Of a stretch of 64,000 nucleotides of DNA, positions 59,186 to 64,000 are shown piece after piece. A program made the position numbers and the translations under genes. Position 1 is the stretch's first letter, and every line of letters starts with the position of its first letter. The stretch comes from Candidatus Bathyarchaeota archaeon (GTDB lineage Archaea; Thermoproteota; Bathyarchaeia; TCS64): contig CAVYLP010000006.1 of NCBI GenBank assembly GCA_963769425.1, forward strand, positions 384,001 to 448,000, in the 5' to 3' direction. The notes beneath the pieces were generated by a model. It was not told the DNA's origin, ran no database searches, and worked only from the letters and a program-made list of their open reading frames with translations.

Positions 59186-60392
59186 TTGCTAGACTCAAAG
59201 AAGTTCTACTCGAAGCTCGGCAACATGTACCCCCCCAGCCCTATGAACTCGATACTCCTCCCCAAGCCCGGGGTGAAGATGATCAGGTTCACGGGCGGAA
59301 GCTACGACGTCCCAAGCCTCCCAACGGCTGAGGTTAAGAGGATATTCGAAGAGGCCTCCCCAGCGGCGTGGGCCGAGATGCTCCAGTACGGGGGCACCGC
59401 GGGGATGCCGAGTCTCCTCAACGAGCTCTCCAAGTTCATGGCGGGGCACAAGATCAAGGCCGACCCCGGCAAGGAGATCATAGTCACGACGGGCAGCCAG
59501 GAGGCCATAGACCTCGTCAGCAGGGTCTTCATCGACAAGGGGGACAACATCCTCATCGGCGCCCCCACCTACCTGCAGGCACTCTCATCCTTCAGGGCCC
59601 AGTACCCCAAGTTCGTCGACATACCCATCGACGCAGAGGGCATGGACACGCAGGTTCTCGAGGAGAAGGCGAAGAAACTCAAGGCGCAGGGCAAGAGGGC
59701 GAAGCTCCTCTACATCATACCCAGCTTCCAGAACCCCGACAGCAGCCTCATGACGATGGAGAGAAGAAAGGCGGTGCTGGAGCTCGCGGAGAAGTACGAC
59801 TTCATAATCTTCGAGGACAACCCCTACGGCTACATCAGCTTCGAGGGGCCGATGCCCACGCCCCTAGCGGGGATGGACAAGTCGGGTCGCGTCATGTACA
59901 CGAGCACCTTCAGCAAGATGGTCAGCCCCGGTATGAGGATCGGCTGGATCACCGCCAACCCCGACTTCACCGGCCACATGATCGAGGCGAAGAACAACAT
60001 CAGCATCTGCAACGACGGCCTCAGCCAGTACGCCGCCGCAGAGCTGTTCAAGCGCGGAGACGTTGAGCGCCAGATCCCGAAGGTGACCAAGGTCTACAGG
60101 AAGAAGAGGGACGTGATGCTCGAGGCCATGGAGACGAGCTGGCCAAAGAAGGCGAAGTGGGAGACGCCGAAGGGCGGCCTCTTCCTCTGGGTCAAGCTCC
60201 CTAAGACCTTCAGCACCGACGAGCTCCTGAAGGAGGCGGTGGCAAAGGGCGTCGCCTTCGTCCCCGGGAGCCTCTTCTTCAGCAAGCCCGTCCACAACTA
60301 CATGCGCCTCAACTACAGCCTCCCCAGTCGAGGAGGACATAGTCACGGGGATACAGACGCTGGGCAGGATGCTGAAGGAGAAGCTCAAGTAG
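59186..60392 (+). CDS. PLP-dependent class I aminotransferase (LysN/Aro8-like), frameshift near 60325
   Basis: 'LQYG', 'GSQEAID', 'FQNP', 'EDNPY', 'FSKMVSPGMRIGW'; shifted frame ends ...LKEKLK* at 60392. Confidence 0.88.
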
Positions 60393-60413
60393 CCCTTTCT
60401 TGTGGTGTCGACC

Positions 60414-60977
60414 ATGGTCAACGCCCTCATCGTCTACGGGACCCGCCTCGGTACGACGGCCAGCACCTCTGAGGAGATTGCGAAGGTCCTCCGCGAGGAG
60501 GGATTGGAGGTACGTGTGGTCGATGCAAAGAAGGAGAAGGTCAAGGACGTAGCCGGATACGACCTCGTCCTTGTCGGCAGCGGCATAGCGATGGGCAAGT
60601 GGATGGGCGAGCCCGAGGACTTCCTGAAGAAGTTCCGGGGAGAGCTTGTTGGAAAAAAGGTGGCGCTCTTCGTCTCCTGCGGCTCCGCCTCCCCCTCACC
60701 GACCGCTAAACCAGAGGCGGTCGCGCAGGCGAGGAAGAATTACCTCGACGACAAGGCGGCACAGTACGGCCTGAACCCCATCGCCCTGGGTTTCTTCGGA
60801 GCCGCCTACGACTACAACAACATGCCCTGGTGGGCGAGTATGTTCATGAAATCAGCCAAGAAGGACCTCATGGCATCCGGCGCCAGGGAGACGAAGCCGG
60901 GCCTCTATGACTCGAGGGACTGGGACGCGATACGCGGTTGGGCGAGGGAACTAGCCGCCAAGGCGCGCTCAGGCTAG
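60414..60977 (+). CDS. Flavodoxin-domain protein (HemG-like)
   Basis: 'YGTRLGTT', 'GSGI', 'RDWDAIRGWA'. Confidence 0.85.
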   Translation: MVNALIVYGTRLGTTASTSEEIAKVLREEGLEVRVVDAKKEKVKDVAGYDLVLVGSGIAMGKWMGEPEDFLKKFRGELVGKKVALFVSCGSASPSPTAKPEAVAQARKNYLDDKAAQYGLNPIALGFFGAAYDYNNMPWWASMFMKSAKKDLMASGARETKPGLYDSRDWDAIRGWARELAAKARSG

Positions 60978-61012
60978 CATCCTGATAAGCAACTGAGTGC
61001 CCCTTTTTCCGT

Positions 61013-61597
61013 ATGGTTAAGGTCCTAGGCATAGTTGGCAGCCCGCGCCGTGGCGGGAACACGGAGATTTTGGTAAAGACCGCGCTCGAGTCGGCGCAGA
61101 CCGCCGGCGCAGAGACGGAGATGATACGCCTCGCCGAGAAGAAGGTCGGCCCCTGCGACGGCTGCGCATCCTGCGCCAAGACAAAGAAGTGTAAGTTCAA
61201 CGACGACTTCGCAGAGGTCTTCGACAAGATGGCGGCCGCGGACGCGATCCTCTTCGCGAGCCCGAGCTACTTCGAGTCGGTCACGCCGCAGATGAAGGCG
61301 TTAATCGACAGGGCAGGCTTCTTCAACAACCGCGCCACGGGGAGGCACGCCTTCGACGGCAAGGTCGGCGGCGCAATGGCCGTCGCCTACAGGACCGGCC
61401 TCGCCACCACTTGGTGCCAGATGCTCATCTTCATACTCGCCCAGAGGATGATCGTCCCCGGCATAGCCAGCTTCCCCAACGCCGTCGCCAGCGAGCCAGG
61501 CGACGTCCTCAAGGACAAGGAGGGGATGGATAAGGCGAGGGAGATCGGGGAGGCCATGGCGAAGCTGGCCCAGAGGCTAGCCAAGACCAAAGACTAA
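61013..61597 (+). CDS. Iron-sulfur flavoprotein (Isf-like flavodoxin family)
   Basis: 'GSPRRGGNT', CDGCASC...C, 'ASPSY', 'KALIDR'. Confidence 0.88.
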   Translation: MVKVLGIVGSPRRGGNTEILVKTALESAQTAGAETEMIRLAEKKVGPCDGCASCAKTKKCKFNDDFAEVFDKMAAADAILFASPSYFESVTPQMKALIDRAGFFNNRATGRHAFDGKVGGAMAVAYRTGLATTWCQMLIFILAQRMIVPGIASFPNAVASEPGDVLKDKEGMDKAREIGEAMAKLAQRLAKTKD

Positions 61598-61667
61598 AAC
61601 CGCCTTTTTGCAGCTAATGCTAAACCATTTATCGCCTCCCCGCCCACCTCGTATCCGGTGACTGGTT

Positions 61668-63250
61668 CTGCGATACGACATACTCTTCGAGGGCGGGCAC
61701 GTCGTTGACGGCTCGGGTAACATCTGGTTTAAGGCCGATGTAGGCGTCGTCGGCGACAGGATCGAGGCCATAGGCGACCTGAAGGGGGTCTCCGCGGCGA
61801 GGAAGGTGGACGCTAAGAGGCACATGATCGCCCCGGGCTTCATGGATATACACAGCCACAGCGACATCCCCCTACTCATCGACCCCCGCGTCGAGTCCAA
61901 GGTCTACCAGGGCATAACCGTCGAGGTGGTCGGTAATTGTGGGACATCCGCTGCGCCGATGAACAAGTCGGTCAAGGCTTACAGGGAGAAGTACGGGCGC
62001 GGTGGCGTCCCCGATGACTTCAAGCTCGACTGGGCAACGATGGGCGACTACATGGACCGCGTCGACAGGCAGGGCGTCGCTTTCAACGTGGCGACGTGGG
62101 TCGGCCATGGCACCGTCCGCCAGAACGTGCTCGGCTATGAGGACAGGGAGCCCACAGACGCGGAGCTCAAGAAGATGAAGAGGTTCGTCGACGACGCCAT
62201 GAGCGACGGCGCCTACGGGATGAGCACGGGCCTCATCTACCCGCCGAGCGTCTACGGGAAGACACCGGAGCTCATTGAGCTCGCGAAGGTCTCCGCGAAG
62301 CACGGCGGCCTCTACGCGAGCCACATCAGGGGTGAGGAGGACTACTCCCTCATCCCCGCTGTGAAGGAGGCGATAGAGATCGGTGAGAAGGCGGGTCTCC
62401 CCGTTCAGATAGCCCACTTCAAGGCGAGCGGCAAGAAGGCGTGGGGGATGGTGAAGCAGAGCCTCGCCCTCGTCGAGGAGGCACGCGCCCGCGGCGTCGA
62501 CGTAGCCTTTGACCAGTACCCCTACATAGCGTCGAGCACCGGACTCGCCGCAGTGCTCCCCCACTGGGCACACGAGGGGGGACCCGAGAAGATGATGGAG
62601 CGCCTGCGCGACCCCGAGCTCCGGAAGACGGATGTGGAAGGAGCAGAGGATCGACCGCGACTGGGACGGCGTCCTCGTGGTGTTCGCCAAGAATAACCCG
62701 CAGTACAACGGGAAGACCATCGCAGACATAGCGAAGGAGCAGGGGAAGAAGCCGCAGGAGGCGGCCTACGACCTTCTGCTCGCGGAGAACACGGTCGTCC
62801 CCGCCGTGATGTTCGGGATGTCGGAGGAGGACGTGAAGTACGTCATGAAGAGCCCAATCGGGATGGTGGGGAGCGACGGCTCCGCCATAAGCCCGAAGGG
62901 CATCCTCGGCATCGGGAAGGCCACACCCCCGCTACTACGGCACCTTCCCGCGCGTCCTCGGAAAGTACGCCCGGGAGGAGAAGGTGATCAGCATGGAGGA
63001 GGCGGTGAGGAAGATGACGAGCGCCCCCGCTCTTCGCCTCGGCCTCAAGGACCGCGGCCTCCTACGCGAGGGCTACAAGGCGGACGTGGTCGTCTTCGAC
63101 CCCCTGACGGTGAAGGACGAGGCGACCTTCACGGACCCGCACAGATTCCCAACGGGCATCCCCTACGTCGTATGCAACGGCGTCTTCACCATAGACAAGG
63201 GGAAGCACACGGGGAAGCTCCCCGGTAGGATGCTCCGCAAGGGGAAGTAG
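61668..63250 (+). CDS. N-acyl-D-amino-acid deacylase, two frameshifts (near 62630 and 62920)
   Basis: 'VVDGSG', 'PGFMDIHSHSD', 'GNCG', 'STGLIYPP', 'SHIRGE', 'GSDG'; N-terminus begins at CTG. Confidence 0.85.
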
Positions 63251-63302
63251 CACCCGGAAACCGTCTTATCCTCGGGTGCGCCGTTTCTCACCGACAGGCC
63301 CC

Positions 63303-64000
63303 ATGCCAACCAGAGTCGACTTCGACGACCGCCTCCTCGGCAGGATACACGGATGCCTCGCCGGTGTCGCGGTGGGAGACGCCCTCGGGATGCCGATGGC
63401 GGGCTGGACCCCCGCGGAGGTCAAGAGCCGATACGGGCACGTCACCGACCTCATAGCCCCGGCCCCGGACCACCCCCTCCACGGGAAGCTCCCCCTCGGC
63501 TCCATCACAGACGACACCCAGCTCACAATGGCCATAGTCGACATGATACTCGTTGACGGCGCCGTGAGCCGCCGAGGCATGGCGGACAGGATAGTGAAGT
63601 GGGTAACCGAGAACAACCTGCTTGAGACTCGGATACTCGGCCCTAGCACGAAGGCCGCGGTGCGCGACCTCATTGCGGGGCGCGACCCCTCGGAGACGGG
63701 GAGGATGGGCACCACGAACGGTGGGGCCATGAAGATTTCACCCATCGGCATCATCAACGTGGCACGCCCCATGGCGAAGCTCGTCGACGACGTAGAGGAG
63801 ACCTGTATGCCCACCCACTGCACCGGCGTGGCGATAGCGGCCTCCGCAGCCGTGGCGGCGGCTATCTCCGAGGCGCTCAGGGCTGACTCAACAACAAACT
63901 CGGTCGTCACGGCGTCGAGGCGCGCCGCTAAGATGGGGGAGACACGCGGGGCCCAGCTCGCCTACCCGAGCGTCGAGAAGAGGATCGCGATGGCAGCACG
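63303..64000 (+). CDS. ADP-ribosylglycohydrolase family protein (3' end outside window)
   Basis: Manual translation from ATG 63303: 'GDALGMP', 'ITDDTQL', 'GPST', 'TNGGAM', 'PTH'. Confidence 0.85.
   Translation, partial: MPTRVDFDDRLLGRIHGCLAGVAVGDALGMPMAGWTPAEVKSRYGHVTDLIAPAPDHPLHGKLPLGSITDDTQLTMAIVDMILVDGAVSRRGMADRIVKWVTENNLLETRILGPSTKAAVRDLIAGRDPSETGRMGTTNGGAMKISPIGIINVARPMAKLVDDVEETCMPTHCTGVAIAASAAVAAAISEALRADSTTNSVVTASRRAAKMGETRGAQLAYPSVEKRIAMAA

Overview
This is an archaeal genomic window: it carries group II chaperonins, TFB, an FBP aldolase/phosphatase and TATA-like promoters. Gene content and frequent GTG/TTG starts suggest Bathyarchaeia (inference). It is gene-dense and GC-rich, and I recognised no tRNA, rRNA, cas gene, integrase or transposase. 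Main blocks: (1) tandem thermosome genes with an upstream ArsR/Phr-like regulator sharing a palindromic operator; (2) a fructoselysine/sugar module; (3) housekeeping and cofactor genes (amtB, fbp, folC, two UbiA-family prenyltransferases, glycosyltransferases); (4) four tungsten AOR-family oxidoreductases (three WOR5-like paralogues plus one FOR/AOR-like) with a shared upstream palindrome; (5) an uncharacterised four-gene membrane operon (DUF6754-like); (6) amino-acid fermentation genes (ACD alpha, OCD-family, gamma/delta plus fused alpha-beta 2-oxoacid:ferredoxin oxidoreductase, aminotransferase, D-aminoacylase); (7) a frameshifted pentameric ligand-gated ion channel and a short array of 42-bp palindromic repeats. 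About ten genes contain small frameshifts, most likely assembly indel errors. All family assignments come from motif recognition by eye and memory, not from database searches.
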